Assembly (NCBI GenBank): GCA_041576165.1
Contig: JBFGLM010000004.1
Coordinates: forward strand, 64,001 to 128,000
DNA length: 64,000 nt
From: Acidimicrobiia bacterium
GTDB lineage: Bacteria; Actinomycetota; Acidimicrobiia; Spongiisociales; Spongiisociaceae
Reading direction: 5' to 3'
Shown here: positions 29,970 through 39,152 of the stretch, in pieces
Numbering within the stretch: position 1 is the stretch's first letter
Layout: each line of letters starts with the position of its first letter
The notes under the pieces: generated by a model
What the model was told of the DNA's origin: nothing
The model's input: the letters and a program-made list of their open reading frames with translations, nothing else
Databases searched by the model: none
Program-made: the position numbers and the translations under genes

Positions 29970-30674
29970 ATGGATACGTTCACATCAATCACCCGCACCC
30001 GCCGGCTCATCTGGACCGGAATCATCATCGGTCTGGTGCTGGCAACCCTGTTCACGGTGCTGCGCATCGTGAACGCCGAGCAAGTCGATCTCACCGAAGT
30101 GCTTGGGTCGGTGGCACTCGGCGTGGCCGCGGCGTTGCCTGCGGGATTCGCCTGGCTGTCTCTCGACCGCCGGCCGGGCCTGCTTCCCATTGCCGCGATT
30201 GCGGCGCTGATCCTCGGCGTCGCCAGCGTCGTGCTGTTCGCCCCCTGGCTGATTGCCGCCGTGATCTGGCTGGTGGCGGCTCGGGGCCGGCCACGGGACA
30301 CGCGCAGTGGGTGGCGGCCGGCCGCGCACCGGGCCGGACTGGTCATTCTGGCGGTGGCGGCCTTTGCCGTGCTATTCGTGCACACCGACCCTTCGTGCAC
30401 CGAGACGCTGCGCGATGGAACCGTCAACGCAGTCGACGCTGGGTCGCACGGCTTCGGGACCGGCTGGTCGTTCAACCTCACCACCTCGGGGAGCGCCACC
30501 TCCGGCGCGGGGCCGGAGGTGGCGTCCACCTTCTGCACGTCCGACCGGATCGTGGTCGGCGAGGCGCTGGCCTCCCTGGCTCTGAGCGCCGGCGCTCTGG
30601 GGCTGGCCGGGCGGTGGCCGGCGAATACCACCCGAACCGTCCCGCCGCACTCGGATACCAGAATGGCAGTGTGA
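29970..30674 (+). CDS. Hypothetical polytopic membrane protein
   Basis: 5-6 hydrophobic segments; loop with two Cys; in operon with the ECF pair. Confidence 0.7.
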   Translation: MDTFTSITRTRRLIWTGIIIGLVLATLFTVLRIVNAEQVDLTEVLGSVALGVAAALPAGFAWLSLDRRPGLLPIAAIAALILGVASVVLFAPWLIAAVIWLVAARGRPRDTRSGWRPAAHRAGLVILAVAAFAVLFVHTDPSCTETLRDGTVNAVDAGSHGFGTGWSFNLTTSGSATSGAGPEVASTFCTSDRIVVGEALASLALSAGALGLAGRWPANTTRTVPPHSDTRMAV

Positions 30675-31192
30675 AGCGCTCGCTGGCCGTTGCGGTGTTA
30701 TGTGCCGCTCTCCTCGCTGGATATGGGGCTTGGGTTGCCAGTGGGCAATCCAACCCCCAGCCGGTGGGCGACGCCATCGTCGTCCATGCCGGCGGCCGGG
30801 GGGAGCGGCTCGACCACGCGCTCAATCTCATGCGAGCGGGTTCAGCCCCAACGCTTGTCATCATGCGTGGCAGCGCTCCTACCTGGCCTCAGGCCAACGA
30901 TTTGTGTGGACGCCGGGAACCGTTCGAAGTCCTCTGCCCGCCTCCCGATCCGGACACCACGATCGGCGAGGCCTTGGCGTTGCGGGACCTCGTGAACGCA
31001 CGCAACTGGACATCCATCGTCGCCGTGACGTCCGACTACCACCTCCGGCGGGTGATGTACCTCGACGCAAAATGCACGAGCGCCACCGTCGCGGGCTCGG
31101 CTGCTCCCTCCGAACTAGCACCGCCGGTGTATGCGGCCCGGGTGGCGAAGGAGATGGTGGCGATGCTGCAGGCCGTGATCGTGTCATGTTGA
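30671..31192 (+). CDS. YdcF/DUF218 (ElyC/SanA-like) protein
   Basis: DAIVVHAGG, TTIGEA, VTSDYHLRR; GTGA overlap with upstream gene. Confidence 0.82.
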   Translation: MKRSLAVAVLCAALLAGYGAWVASGQSNPQPVGDAIVVHAGGRGERLDHALNLMRAGSAPTLVIMRGSAPTWPQANDLCGRREPFEVLCPPPDPDTTIGEALALRDLVNARNWTSIVAVTSDYHLRRVMYLDAKCTSATVAGSAAPSELAPPVYAARVAKEMVAMLQAVIVSC

Positions 31193-31221
31193 CCGCTGAC
31201 CGCCCGCCGGGCCGCTGTCGC

Positions 31222-33747
31222 TCAGCCCGTGGCCCCGGCCATCACTACTGAGTCCCCGGTGGTCGGATCACGATCGAGCACGATCAGATCTTCCATCCGT
31301 TGACACATCTCCGCCACGTGGCTGACCACCACCACCAAGCGGTTAGTGCCGTCGGCCACCAGCTGCTCGATGCCGTCCATGGCGAGGTCGAGATGCTCCG
31401 GATCGAGCGACCCGAAGCCTTCGTCCAGGAAGAAGGCGTCGAGCCTCCCGCCTGTGCGGCTCACCATCTCCGCCAGCCCCAGGGCCAGCCCGAGTGACGC
31501 CAAGAATGTCTCGCCGCCCGACAAGCTGTCCGCTTTGCGCACCGAGTCGGCCGAGGTGAGGTCAACGACCTCGAACGACCCGTCGTCGGTGAACCGGTAA
31601 CGTCCCGAGGACAGCCGCTGAAAGTGGTCCGATCCGAGCTCAGCCAGCCCAGCCCGTTCTTCGTCGAGCAGGTAACGGATGAAGCGGGCGTCGGTGAGAT
31701 CGCCGGCAATCCGCCGGAAGCGCTCCACGTCATCCACTGCCCGTTGGCGCGCGTCGAGGAGGTCCTCCGAGTCGGCCACGAGCTTCTCATCAGCTTGGAT
31801 CGCCTCGGCCAGCATGCCGACCGCTGTCTCGGCCTCGGCTTTGGCCGCGTCGAACGTTGTCTTGACTCCGAGCTCTGCGAAGACCTCCTTGAGCTCACGG
31901 TCGGCTTCGGCGGTGGTCGCATTGGCGCGTTCGACGTCTGCCGCCAACCGGATTGTCTCAGCAGCCCATCCCTCCCTGACTTCTCGTAACGCGGCTTCGA
32001 GGGCGGCCGGATCATCCTCGGGGGGGTCGGCGTCGGCGTTGAGGAGCGCCGCCAGTGCGCCCAGCCTGGTTCGCAGATCGCCCAAGGCTCGATCGGTTTC
32101 CTGCTCGGCCGCAATTGCCCCGTCGTGACGGCGACGCACGTCATCCCACGCCCGGCGCGCGTGCTCGGCGGCGGTTTCCAGCCGGGCGATCTCGTCGGCC
32201 AGGGCTATGCGCAGGCCGGCTGCGTCGCCCGGGCCGACGAGGTCGACGATCCGGGCGTCGACCTCGGCCAGCGCCTGAACTGCCTCCGCTTGCGCGACTG
32301 CCGACCCGGTCAGCTCGACGGTGATCTCCTCGACCCTCCGGTTGGTGTCGGAGATGGCCCTGGTCGCAGCGGCTAGGTCGGCAGTGGCGGTGGCCAGCTG
32401 CTGGTCGGCAGCCCGGAGCCTGTTTTGGGCGGCCTCGGCAGCCGCCCTGATGTCCGGCACGTCGGTCACCGGGCTCGCCTCGGCCGGCTCTGGCACCGGT
32501 TGAGCACAAACGGGGCAGGGATCGCCAGCTGCCAACCCGCTGCGCAGAGCCGCAGCCATCTCTGCATGGGTGGCGGCGTGCACCGCCGCTTCGCTCGCCT
32601 GCGCCTCAGCCCAGGCCGCGGCGCGGACGGACTCGGCATGATCTCGGGTCGCGGCCTCTCGGGCCGCCCGTTCCCCGGCCTCATCTGCCTCACCAACAGC
32701 CGCCTTCCGGCGGGCCTCTGCCTTTTGATGGTGCTGCTCGGCCAGCTCGACTTCGCGGCTGCGCACAGCCCGCTCGGCCAGCGCCGCGTCCAGCTTCGTC
32801 AGCGTCTCGGTGTCGGCTGCGTGTGGGTCGGACCTCAAACGGTCCTCGGCGGAAACCATCTCGGAATGAGCCACCGCCAGCTGGGATGCGAGGCGGGACC
32901 GCTCCTCGCGCGCCGCCATGGCCCGGCCGAGCAGCGTATGGGTGTCCTCCGGATCTGGCATGCGCGTAGCGTGGCGCTCGAGCTCCCGGAGGCGGTCGCC
33001 AGCCGCAGTCGCTGCGCGCCCGGCCGTGGTGGCCAGCTCAGTGAGCTCCCGTACCCGGGCCTCGTGTTTTTCGATTGCGGCAAGCCGCTGCTCCGCTTCG
33101 GTGAGTTCGGTGCGGCGTTGCGCCAGCCGCACGATCGCCTGCTCAGCCTGCTCGAGGCGAAGCTGCAGCTTGTCCACCTCGAATTCGCCCGCCCGAATTC
33201 GGGACTTGGCCAGCTCCCGCATGGAGTCGATCCGTTCATGGCCAAACACACCTTTGAGCACCTTGTCGCGCTCGGCCGGACGAGCAGTGAGGAACTCGGC
33301 GAACTGGCCCTGCGCCAGCAAGACCGAACGACCGAACGCATCGAAATCAAAGCCCAGCAACGCGGCGATGCGGGCGTTGACCTCGGCCTCCTGAACGACC
33401 TTCTCGACCGGCTCGACATCGGGTTCATCCGTCTCGTAGCGGTAGAGGGCATGCTGACTGGGGCCCCGGGCGCGCAGAGACCGAACTGCCTCCCACACGT
33501 CACCGTCGACCTCAAAGCGGAGACTCACGGCCGCGCTGTCGGCCCGCTGATGGATGAGCGAACGAGTCGAACGGGCGATACGCGGCGTGCGGCCATAGAG
33601 CGCGAAGGCAATCGCATCGAGCAGTGTCGACTTGCCGCTGCCGATCGGCCCGACGATCCCGATCAGACGCCGGTCCCGGAAATCGAAGGTGAAAGCGTCG
33701 CCAAAATAGGACCTGAAGTTGCGGAGCCGGAGTTCAAGCGGTCGCAT
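31222..33747 (-). CDS. sbcC: SbcC/Rad50 SMC-like ATPase
   Basis: Walker A GPIGSGKST, Q-loop LAQGQF, zinc hook CPVC, LSGGE, Walker B LDEGFG, SH loop. Confidence 0.93.
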   Translation of the reverse strand: MRPLELRLRNFRSYFGDAFTFDFRDRRLIGIVGPIGSGKSTLLDAIAFALYGRTPRIARSTRSLIHQRADSAAVSLRFEVDGDVWEAVRSLRARGPSQHALYRYETDEPDVEPVEKVVQEAEVNARIAALLGFDFDAFGRSVLLAQGQFAEFLTARPAERDKVLKGVFGHERIDSMRELAKSRIRAGEFEVDKLQLRLEQAEQAIVRLAQRRTELTEAEQRLAAIEKHEARVRELTELATTAGRAATAAGDRLRELERHATRMPDPEDTHTLLGRAMAAREERSRLASQLAVAHSEMVSAEDRLRSDPHAADTETLTKLDAALAERAVRSREVELAEQHHQKAEARRKAAVGEADEAGERAAREAATRDHAESVRAAAWAEAQASEAAVHAATHAEMAAALRSGLAAGDPCPVCAQPVPEPAEASPVTDVPDIRAAAEAAQNRLRAADQQLATATADLAAATRAISDTNRRVEEITVELTGSAVAQAEAVQALAEVDARIVDLVGPGDAAGLRIALADEIARLETAAEHARRAWDDVRRRHDGAIAAEQETDRALGDLRTRLGALAALLNADADPPEDDPAALEAALREVREGWAAETIRLAADVERANATTAEADRELKEVFAELGVKTTFDAAKAEAETAVGMLAEAIQADEKLVADSEDLLDARQRAVDDVERFRRIAGDLTDARFIRYLLDEERAGLAELGSDHFQRLSSGRYRFTDDGSFEVVDLTSADSVRKADSLSGGETFLASLGLALGLAEMVSRTGGRLDAFFLDEGFGSLDPEHLDLAMDGIEQLVADGTNRLVVVVSHVAEMCQRMEDLIVLDRDPTTGDSVVMAGATG

Positions 33748-34903
33748 TCTCGACCTCTTCCAACAGTTCGCGGAACGCGTTCACAAGGGCATCCGAGGGC
33801 TCCACCCCTTCGGCCGACAGGTAATAATCGGCGTAGTGCTCGACCAAGGTCCGCTCGGCCCGCCTCGGTAGCTCCGGTTCGGCCCTGGGATATTCCGCCC
33901 GAACCTTCACGACGTAGTCGAACTCATCCCTGGCTCTGTCGGCGAGTCCTGGGTCCGGTCCGGCCGTCTCCACGGTCAAGTCCAGATAGGACTCGTAAAC
34001 GTCCTCCATCGTCAGGATGTCCTGCCAGGTACCCCGCGGACGCAGCAGCCGCCGACCCTCGGTCAGCGGCACCGACCGGACCAAAGCGGGCAGCCCCGGC
34101 TCCACATCGACGATGACCACCCGCTTCTGCTCACCCGCCTCTCCGAAGTCCAACTCGAGCAGCGAACCCGCATACTCGGCGGGAACCTGAGCGCCCGGGA
34201 CCTGCTGTGGAGCATGGATGTGGCCCAACGCCACGTATTGGGGTCCGACCGGAACTGCGTCCGGCGTCGCTGCATAGGCCTCGCCCATATGCAGCTCGCG
34301 CTCTCCCCGGGGCGCACCGTGTCCGTGCACCTTGGCACCCCCGACCAGGAAATGGGCGACCAGGAACGTCACCGCGTCCGGGCCGGCCAAGGCTGTCGCG
34401 TGAGTGGAGTACGCCTCCGAGATCCGTCTGAGTCGGTCGGCGTACTTCTTGTAGTGCTCCTCCGTCGGTTCCCAGACATTGAACGCCCGGCCCTCGCGCA
34501 GGAATGGAAAGCAACTGACGACGGCCCGTCCCCCGGGCGTGTCGAGGTCCAGCACGCCGCCGTCTTCGGGCCGCTTTATGTCGCCTACCAGGTGGACGTT
34601 GCGATCAGCCAGGAATGGCCGCAGGGCCTCGAAAAGGCCCGGCGAATCGTGGTTGCCAGCGATCACCACCACCGGTCGCCGCCCTCCATCGGTCAGCCGG
34701 ACCAGGCCACTGAGCCCGATCTCGAGCGCCTCGATTGGTGGTATCGGACGGTCGAACACGTCGCCGGAATGCAGCACGAGATCGACGTCTTCGGACGCGG
34801 CCAGTTCTACGACCTCACCCAGCACCTTGCGGTACTCATCGCTGCGGTCGTAGCGGCCGATGCGCTTGCCGATATGCCAGTCGGAAGTGTGCAGTACCCG
34901 CAT
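33734..34903 (-). CDS. sbcD: SbcD/Mre11 nuclease
   Basis: HTSDWHIG, SGDVFD, AGNHD, ALGHIH. Confidence 0.94.
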   Translation of the reverse strand: MRVLHTSDWHIGKRIGRYDRSDEYRKVLGEVVELAASEDVDLVLHSGDVFDRPIPPIEALEIGLSGLVRLTDGGRRPVVVIAGNHDSPGLFEALRPFLADRNVHLVGDIKRPEDGGVLDLDTPGGRAVVSCFPFLREGRAFNVWEPTEEHYKKYADRLRRISEAYSTHATALAGPDAVTFLVAHFLVGGAKVHGHGAPRGERELHMGEAYAATPDAVPVGPQYVALGHIHAPQQVPGAQVPAEYAGSLLELDFGEAGEQKRVVIVDVEPGLPALVRSVPLTEGRRLLRPRGTWQDILTMEDVYESYLDLTVETAGPDPGLADRARDEFDYVVKVRAEYPRAEPELPRRAERTLVEHYADYYLSAEGVEPSDALVNAFRELLEEVENATA

Positions 34904-36630
34904 CACAGACCCGCAAAGGCGTCGTCTTTTTCTCCGACCTCTTCCCTTCGTGTGGCCCAAGATGGGAACGGGAACGTCAGAACGAGCGGGACTGGGATGG
35001 CCGGCTGGCTCACGACCATCGTTCCCGGCTTGAGCAGGCGTGCTCGAGCCCGGGTTGACGGCAGCATCCACCCGTACTCGGCCCGCTGTGCTTCTGCCGC
35101 ATCCAGCCGCCCCGCCACCCGGATGGCGGCATTCTCAATCACCTCGGGCGCCACTCGGGAGGCGGTCTGTTGGGCGCCCACCAACAGCACGCCCAGCGAG
35201 CGGCCCCGCTGGGCGATGTCGATCAGCATCTCCTTGAGCGGGCTGTGGCCCTCCCGGGGGGCGTACTTGTTCAGCTCATCCAGGACCACGACCGACAGCG
35301 GCAACCGCTGGCCCGTCTGCTCCTTCTCCTCGAACGTCTCCTGGAGCAGGGCCCCGACGACGAAACGCTGGGCCAGGTCGTGCAGGGACTGGATCCCGAC
35401 GACCGTGACCTGAGCTTGCTTGCGGTCGATGCGCCGGCTCTCGCCGGCCCGGATCAGGTGCCCGAGGCGGGCCTGAGCGGCATAGAGGCGGCGCACAAAC
35501 GCAGAGATCGTGCCCGACTGGGTTCGGCCCGACCACGCCCGGTCGGGTTCTTCTCCATCGACTGGTTCGAGGAACTCTTCCAGCGCATCGACGAGATCAG
35601 CCAAGCTCATGATGACCCGCTCTCCGGGTGCAGGGGTGGCCAGCTCCGTCGCCGGCCAGCCGCCCGGCGGTGGCTCCCGAAGCACGACCGCGCCGGGCTG
35701 GCCCGCCACGTCGACCGCCCAACGGGTCAACTGCGTTCGGACTCGCTCCTCGACGAACGACAACTGGTTGCGGGCATCGGATGCATCGGTGAACAGGAAC
35801 CGCAGAAGTCCTTCGTCGATGAACTCGCGGGGGGTCCAGGTGAATGCGGCCACACCCTCCTGGCGACCACCGGTGTCGGGTACGACAACATCACCTGACC
35901 GCCGCCGGGGGGGCGCCCAGAAGCTGACGGACTGGAATGGCACCGGCTCCACTCCCAGCGCGGACCATGCCTGGCGGGCATCGTCATCCAGATACCGGTT
36001 GGGCTTGTCGAGCCACAACAGGTCTTCGCCCTTCACGTTGAACACCAGGATCCGCAGATTGGCCGCGCCCTCCCCCAGCACCTCGGGCCGGGCGGTCAGC
36101 ATCCGCAGGAAGAACAATGCATAAGAGGTCTTGGTGGCCACCCCGCTTATGCCCGAGATCGACATGTGGCCACCCTTGCGACCGTCGAAGAAGTCGAGGT
36201 CGGCGAAGACCGGCTGATCGTCGCGTCCGATGCCTACCGACAAAGGCCGGGCCATCTCGTCCACATAGAGTGCTTTGCTGCGCTCATCACCGCTGGCCCG
36301 ATACACGGTCTCGCCGGGATCGGCCGCCACCCACAATTCAGGGTCGACCCGAGTCACCGCCACTTGGGCTGAACGGACCTTCTCAGCCGGGAGGATTCCG
36401 TCCTCGGCGATGCGAAACGTGTCGGACTCGAACGACGCACCCTCATAAATACCTTCGGATTCGGTCACGATGCCATAGGTGCGCACCTCACCTGCTTTGG
36501 GGACGTGGGTACGCACAACCACTAGGTCATCGAGTTGGAGGTAGTTGTCGTCGTCGAGGACGACGCGGAACTCCTGGGTAGACGTGTGTTGCGTGCCGAG
36601 CACTCGCCCGACGGCCTGCTGCTCGCTCAC
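34903..36630 (-). CDS. herA: HerA-family ATPase/DNA translocase (HAS barrel plus P-loop)
   Basis: N-terminal beta-rich HAS-like region; variant Walker A SGISGVATKT; Walker B VVLDE; RGRSLGV...AQQ. Confidence 0.85.
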   Translation of the reverse strand: MSEQQAVGRVLGTQHTSTQEFRVVLDDDNYLQLDDLVVVRTHVPKAGEVRTYGIVTESEGIYEGASFESDTFRIAEDGILPAEKVRSAQVAVTRVDPELWVAADPGETVYRASGDERSKALYVDEMARPLSVGIGRDDQPVFADLDFFDGRKGGHMSISGISGVATKTSYALFFLRMLTARPEVLGEGAANLRILVFNVKGEDLLWLDKPNRYLDDDARQAWSALGVEPVPFQSVSFWAPPRRRSGDVVVPDTGGRQEGVAAFTWTPREFIDEGLLRFLFTDASDARNQLSFVEERVRTQLTRWAVDVAGQPGAVVLREPPPGGWPATELATPAPGERVIMSLADLVDALEEFLEPVDGEEPDRAWSGRTQSGTISAFVRRLYAAQARLGHLIRAGESRRIDRKQAQVTVVGIQSLHDLAQRFVVGALLQETFEEKEQTGQRLPLSVVVLDELNKYAPREGHSPLKEMLIDIAQRGRSLGVLLVGAQQTASRVAPEVIENAAIRVAGRLDAAEAQRAEYGWMLPSTRARARLLKPGTMVVSQPAIPVPLVLTFPFPSWATRREEVGEKDDAFAGL

Positions 36631-37655
36631 CGCTGCTCCGTTGCCTGTTGCTGGGTTGGCTGCTGTCCCGGTCCCTCGTGTTCTGTCGACCGGGTGAAAT
36701 CGGGCTCACCGGGGACACGATCGGCGGAGACCGCTGCTCGTAATGCACGATAGACCAGCCCCTGGTCTCCCAGGCGTCTTCGCAGATGACGTTCGAGAGC
36801 GGCGATCGGCACCAGGTTCTGGGGCGCACGTGGATCGATGTGGGCTTGCGACGCAGTCCGCGGCAACAGCGCCGTGGTGCGGTTGGCCAGGGTGATGGTC
36901 TCCTCGATCCCCAGGGCCGTGGGCGCCTCACAACGGACGATGCCGCTCCACGAGTGGCCGCCGACCATGTCGGCCAGCCGCAAGTACCAGGAGTAGCGAG
37001 CATATTGGGCGCCGTCGATGAGGAACAGCGGCGTCCGCTGTCCCGCCCGGAGCCGGCCGATGATGGGCATCACATCCGGGCCGAGATACGTGACCCGGTG
37101 ACTCTTGATGTAGCCGACAATGGGCTGGGCCCGCAGCTCGTTGATGGGTCCGTCGGCCACCACAAAGGTTCCGCCGGCGGCCAGGCGGGCCGACAGGGCC
37201 GCCTCCGCCTTGCGCATGGCGCCGTGAAAATGTGCGATGAGAGCCGTCGGATCGTCGGTGGCCACCGCTTCAGCCCGGTAATCCAACGCATGGCCCACCA
37301 CCGGGAATTCGACCTTTGACCCGGAGGCCAGCACCGCCATGCGCTGCACCTCCTGGTGGTCGTACCGGCTGCGCCGTGCCTTCCGCTCCCAGATGACCGC
37401 CCCGACCGCGAACGACCCGCAGATCCCCGGGATTGGGCCTTCGATCGGGTCGTCCAGGGTCAAGCGGGCGTCGATACGGCGGATACCGTCGACGAACGCC
37501 ACGAATTCCTCGCCGTCATCCACCCCGTCTACCGGGGTCCACGGCCCGTCCACTTCGACGGCCGTCTCCACAGGTGATGCCGCCACCCGCTCCTCAGCAA
37601 GGTCGACCGCTGCCCCGTATTCCGGGGACCACCCCTCGACGTACAACTGCGCCAT
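36627..37655 (-). CDS. nurA: NurA-like 5'-3' nuclease
   Basis: AFVDG and VVADG acidic motifs, GYIKSH, RAPQNL; coupled upstream of herA. Confidence 0.78.
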   Translation of the reverse strand: MAQLYVEGWSPEYGAAVDLAEERVAASPVETAVEVDGPWTPVDGVDDGEEFVAFVDGIRRIDARLTLDDPIEGPIPGICGSFAVGAVIWERKARRSRYDHQEVQRMAVLASGSKVEFPVVGHALDYRAEAVATDDPTALIAHFHGAMRKAEAALSARLAAGGTFVVADGPINELRAQPIVGYIKSHRVTYLGPDVMPIIGRLRAGQRTPLFLIDGAQYARYSWYLRLADMVGGHSWSGIVRCEAPTALGIEETITLANRTTALLPRTASQAHIDPRAPQNLVPIAALERHLRRRLGDQGLVYRALRAAVSADRVPGEPDFTRSTEHEGPGQQPTQQQATEQR

Positions 37656-37737
37656 GGTTATCGATCGTAGGGTCGGGGTGTGACAGATTGGCGGAGCGCC
37701 ACCCGAGCGGCGTACCAATCCGCCGTCGACGGTCCGG

Positions 37738-39045
37738 TCAGCGCACGGGGACTATCCGGTGGACCGATCCCCCGGCCGTCGTCACGTATAGCTCCCCAGC
37801 GGCGTCGCGACCGAACGACGTCACCCCGCTCAACCCGCCGACCTGGGCGGTCCAGTCGGTCTGGTCGGTGGCCGCTCCCCCGTTGTAGTGGAAGCTTCGC
37901 AACCACCCGCCGCAGAAATCCGAATAGAAGTAGTGACCATCCAGCTCAGGTATCGCCGATCCCCGATACACCAGTCCACCTGTGATTGAACAGGTACCGG
38001 CGTCTCCGTGTGCCACCTCGACCACCGGCAACGTCAGCCCGGCGGTGTCACAGCCGGAGCTGGGCCGAAAACAGTGGGCGCCCTCCGTGACGGGCCAGCC
38101 GAAATTGAGTCCGCCGGTTGCGATCAAAGCGACCGAGACCTCTTCGAAGCGGTTCTGGCCGACGTCGGCGATGTAAATGAGGTCGTTGTCGATTGCGAAG
38201 CGCCACGGATTTCTAAGTCCGTAGTGCCAGACGAGCGGGTCGCCAGCCGGAAAGGGCGGGTCGGGGGCGGGCCGCTGGGTACCCGGTGTCGATACGTCGA
38301 ACCGGAGGAGAGCTGCCAGCGGCGTATCGGTACGCTGGCCATGCCCGAAACGGTCATTGGCTCCTCCCCCGTCGCCCAGTCCGAGATACAGATAGCCGTC
38401 CGGCCCGAACTCCAGCATGCCTCCGTTGTGGTTTCGCGCTGGTTGGCCGGTGCGGTACAGCTCTACCCCCTCGGGCAACGCCCGGTTGGGGTCCGCCGGA
38501 TCCACCCGAAACTCCGCTACCACCGTGTCACCGTCACCGGCGGTGTAATGCACGAAGAATCGCCCGTCCGCCGGGTAGTCGGGGTGGAATGCCATACCGA
38601 GCAATCCCTGCTCCCGGTCGTTGCGCACCGGCTCGCGAATGTCGAGAAACGGGGTGTCGCCGATGGCCGTTCCGTCATGGATCCACACCCGTCCTTCCTT
38701 CGTGGCGATGAACAGCCGGTCGTCCCCGGGCGCAGAAAGTGCGAGGATCGGGAATTCCAGCCCATCGGCGACGAGTTCGTAGGCGAGCCCTAGCAGCGGG
38801 GCCAGGGTGGTGGTCGTGGCGGCGGTGGTCGTGGTCGTTGGCTCCGTGTCCCTCACGGAGCTGCTCGGGGCCGGTGCCGATCCCGGCGTTGGTTCGGTCT
38901 GGGCGGGCTCGCGCGGCTGGATGGATGTGGTGGACGAGGCCTGCCCGGCTGCGCCGGTGGTGGGAACTGCGTCGGAGGAAGTTCCACACGCGCCAAGTGC
39001 CGCCACCACGCCGGCGACCACCGTGAGCCGTGCCATCACATGCAT
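37738..39045 (-). CDS. PQQ-dependent glucose/sorbosone dehydrogenase-family lipoprotein
   Basis: Lipobox LGAC, Thr/Pro linker, EQGLLGMAFHP, NHNGG, GLRNPWRF, NFGWP. Confidence 0.88.
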   Translation of the reverse strand: MHVMARLTVVAGVVAALGACGTSSDAVPTTGAAGQASSTTSIQPREPAQTEPTPGSAPAPSSSVRDTEPTTTTTAATTTTLAPLLGLAYELVADGLEFPILALSAPGDDRLFIATKEGRVWIHDGTAIGDTPFLDIREPVRNDREQGLLGMAFHPDYPADGRFFVHYTAGDGDTVVAEFRVDPADPNRALPEGVELYRTGQPARNHNGGMLEFGPDGYLYLGLGDGGGANDRFGHGQRTDTPLAALLRFDVSTPGTQRPAPDPPFPAGDPLVWHYGLRNPWRFAIDNDLIYIADVGQNRFEEVSVALIATGGLNFGWPVTEGAHCFRPSSGCDTAGLTLPVVEVAHGDAGTCSITGGLVYRGSAIPELDGHYFYSDFCGGWLRSFHYNGGAATDQTDWTAQVGGLSGVTSFGRDAAGELYVTTAGGSVHRIVPVR

Positions 39046-39152
39046 GGCCCGGCAGCGTAGGAGCCGGTGACGGATATGCGGGCCGGGCGCCACAGATCGG
39101 ATGGACGCGCAGCCGCCGGGTTACCCTGGGCAGCGGACCGACGGGAGGGTCA

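Noticed and set aside
34903-36630. HerA as part of a Sir2-HerA or similar anti-phage system
   Set aside because: Partners are NurA-like and SbcCD genes in a housekeeping context with no defence-island or mobility signs.
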